From Sphaerodactylus townsendi (lineage: Eukaryota), in assembly GCF_021028975.2 (NCBI RefSeq), contig NC_059436.1, positions 46,748,001-46,812,000 of the forward strand: a stretch of 64,000 nucleotides of DNA, read 5' to 3'. Positions 62,053-64,000 of the stretch are shown here, piece after piece (position 1 is the stretch's first letter; each line of letters starts with the position of its first letter). A program made the position numbers and the translations under genes. The notes under the pieces were generated by a model. That model did no database searches. It was not told the DNA's origin and saw only the letters and a list, made by a program, of their open reading frames with translations.

Positions 62053-62563
62053 CAGTGGTGGCAAACCTATGGCACGGGTGCCAGAGGTGGCACTCAGAGC
62101 CCTCTCTGTGGGCACGTGCAAACAGAATCCCCCCCCCAACACATCTAGGCTGACCTGGACCACTGGGCTCGATTATTAGCATTAAACCTAAGACCAAGTT
62201 TTGGGGAAGCAGTGTAGGTAACCCTGTTAAGCACTGCTAAACCCCACTGATTTTCATGTCAAGAACTAAAGCACTATCCTTTACCTGGAAGTAAGCTCGG
62301 TTGCTGGCAATGGGGCTTGCTTCTGAGTATACCCTCCTAGGGTCGTGATTCACCCATTCAAAGAGTTGCATGGTTGCTTCACAGCAAAGCCACCGACTAC
62401 CACCGAGCTTACTTCTGAGTAACGCATGCCTCGGAGCCAACCATTTTTTCTAAACTAAAACCTCAGTATTCAGGTTAAATTGCTGTGTTGGCACTTTGTG
62501 ATAAATAAGTAGGTTTTGGGTTGCAATTTGGGCACTCGGTCTCGAAAAGGTTTGCCATCACTG
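62053..62563 (+). mobile_element. Non-autonomous hAT element with the same termini as 42815-43099 but a different interior
   Basis: Perfect TSD TCTTATCA. Confidence 0.85.
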
Positions 62564-63789
62564 TCTTATCAGATGGCTTTTGCCTTGGTCTACTAATATA
62601 CATGTCTACTAATATACATCTCTAATGGTTGTGGCCTTGGTCTACTAATATACATTTCTAATGGTTCTCTCCAACTATTCAACAGCTTTTTATATCATCA
62701 GCCATGGACTCTTTCTGGACTGTTTGGCTCAGAAGGCCCTAGGAGTCAATGTTATGTTGGATACAGCCTTTCTAAAATGGGTAGGCATTGGAAGGAATTA
62801 TGTCTGTTTTGCCCCTTGGTCAGTGGAACACTAGAGTTTTCTCTCATCCCTCATCCTGTTCTGACATATACAGGAAACCTCTGAGAGATCATCCAGAGAT
62901 TTGGACTACAAGAACATAAGAAAGAGCCTGCTGGATTAGACCAGAGTCCATCTAGTCCAGCATTCTGCTACTCGCAGTGGTCCACCAGATGCCTTTGGGA
63001 GCACACGTGCAGGATGTGAAAGCAAGGGCCTGCTGCTGCTGCTCCCGAGCACCTGGTCTGCTAAGGCATTTGCAATCTCAGATGAAGGATGATCAAGATT
63101 GGTAGCCGTAGATCGACTTCAAAGAACAGTGTGATGTTTTTCCAAAGAGACACTCCAAATCTTAAAGCAATATTTGCAGTGCTGAAAGATAAGATGGAGA
63201 AGTACTGTTGGTGCTGAGCCCATGAAGGGAAGGCCATCTTATAAATTCAATTATTATTATTTAATTTCATTCAATATCACAGCTTCCAGTTCTCTAGCTG
63301 GTTGTTATTGGCCTTTCATTTCAACTCGAGCCTCACCCGGAGGCCTGGGACATTGCAGTGTATCGGTGTAGTATTCGTGCAGAAGGCAGGGCTGCCTTCT
63401 GAATCTGACAGATGTTGGTTTTGTTGACTTGAAGACTTCAGGTCTGCCCTGGTGTTTTTGGAATGGCACCCAGGGTGCTGATTGCCGCTGGGACAACCTC
63501 AGCTGGTTTGTGCCATAGTTGCCGAATTTCAATTTCCAAACTGTGGTATTTAGTGACCTTCTCCATTGAGCCAGAGGACATCTGGGTATTCTTCTGCAAC
63601 CATTCAGGGAGGCAGAAATATTAATTAACTTTTCAGCTTCCATGGTCTGCTGGAGACGGCCCCCTTCCCCTCCAGTTCTGTTCCTGCCTCTAGGGAGAGC
63701 AGAAGTGCTTAGAGACTGTCTTGCTTTTTCTCTTAGTCCTTTCCCTTTGTCTTTAACCGGCTTCTTGCTGCCTTTCTTTGGGAGGGGAC

Positions 63790-63985
63790 TCCATCCTAAG
63801 GAGGTCTATTGGCACAAGTTAGATGTCAGAAGGGCACTTAAAGCCTTCTTAATAAGGACTCGTGATTTCAGGAAGCCTGAAGCGTTATTCATTTCGGTAG
63901 AGAATCATAATAGGGGGACCAAAATTTCTTTGCAGACTATCAGCAAAGTGTTTTAGAGAATGCATTGCTGAAGCTTATAGGGTAT
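63790..63985 (+). mobile_element. DIRS-type retrotransposon tyrosine-recombinase fragment
   Basis: HPKEVYWHKLDVRRALKAFLIRTRDFRKPEALFIS...GTKISLQTISK resembles the LDVRRAL..Y..RT..FR....LFV motif of vertebrate DIRS1 recombinases. Confidence 0.7.
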
Positions 63986-64000
63986 AGAGCAGTGTTTCCC

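Overview
Vertebrate genomic DNA. The repeat content points to a squamate reptile, probably a gecko. The window holds the conserved SLC25A25-NAIF1-EEIG1(FAM102A) block. SLC25A25 coding exon 1 is on the minus strand (7573-7839), and the rest of that gene lies left of the window. A CCAAT-rich bidirectional CpG-island promoter follows, then the complete two-coding-exon NAIF1 gene on the plus strand (326 aa, a domesticated Harbinger Myb-like protein). A second CpG-island promoter at about 28 kb carries a likely non-coding first exon of EEIG1. The first coding exon of EEIG1 is at 34549-34694, and the remaining ~29 kb appears to be EEIG1 intron. The rest is transposon-rich: palindromic hAT MITEs with 8-bp target-site duplications (TSDs), two SPIN/URR1-type MITEs, CORE-type, tRNA- and 5S-derived SINEs, L2/CR1/Rex1/RTE-X LINE fragments, candidate solo LTRs and a DIRS recombinase fragment. 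The most notable structure is a set of seven short Penelope-like inserts, mostly inverted arm pairs, that carry minimal hammerhead ribozyme motifs. There is one 149-N gap. Most entries in the ORF track are spurious. All family assignments come from recalled sequences and motifs; no database search was run.
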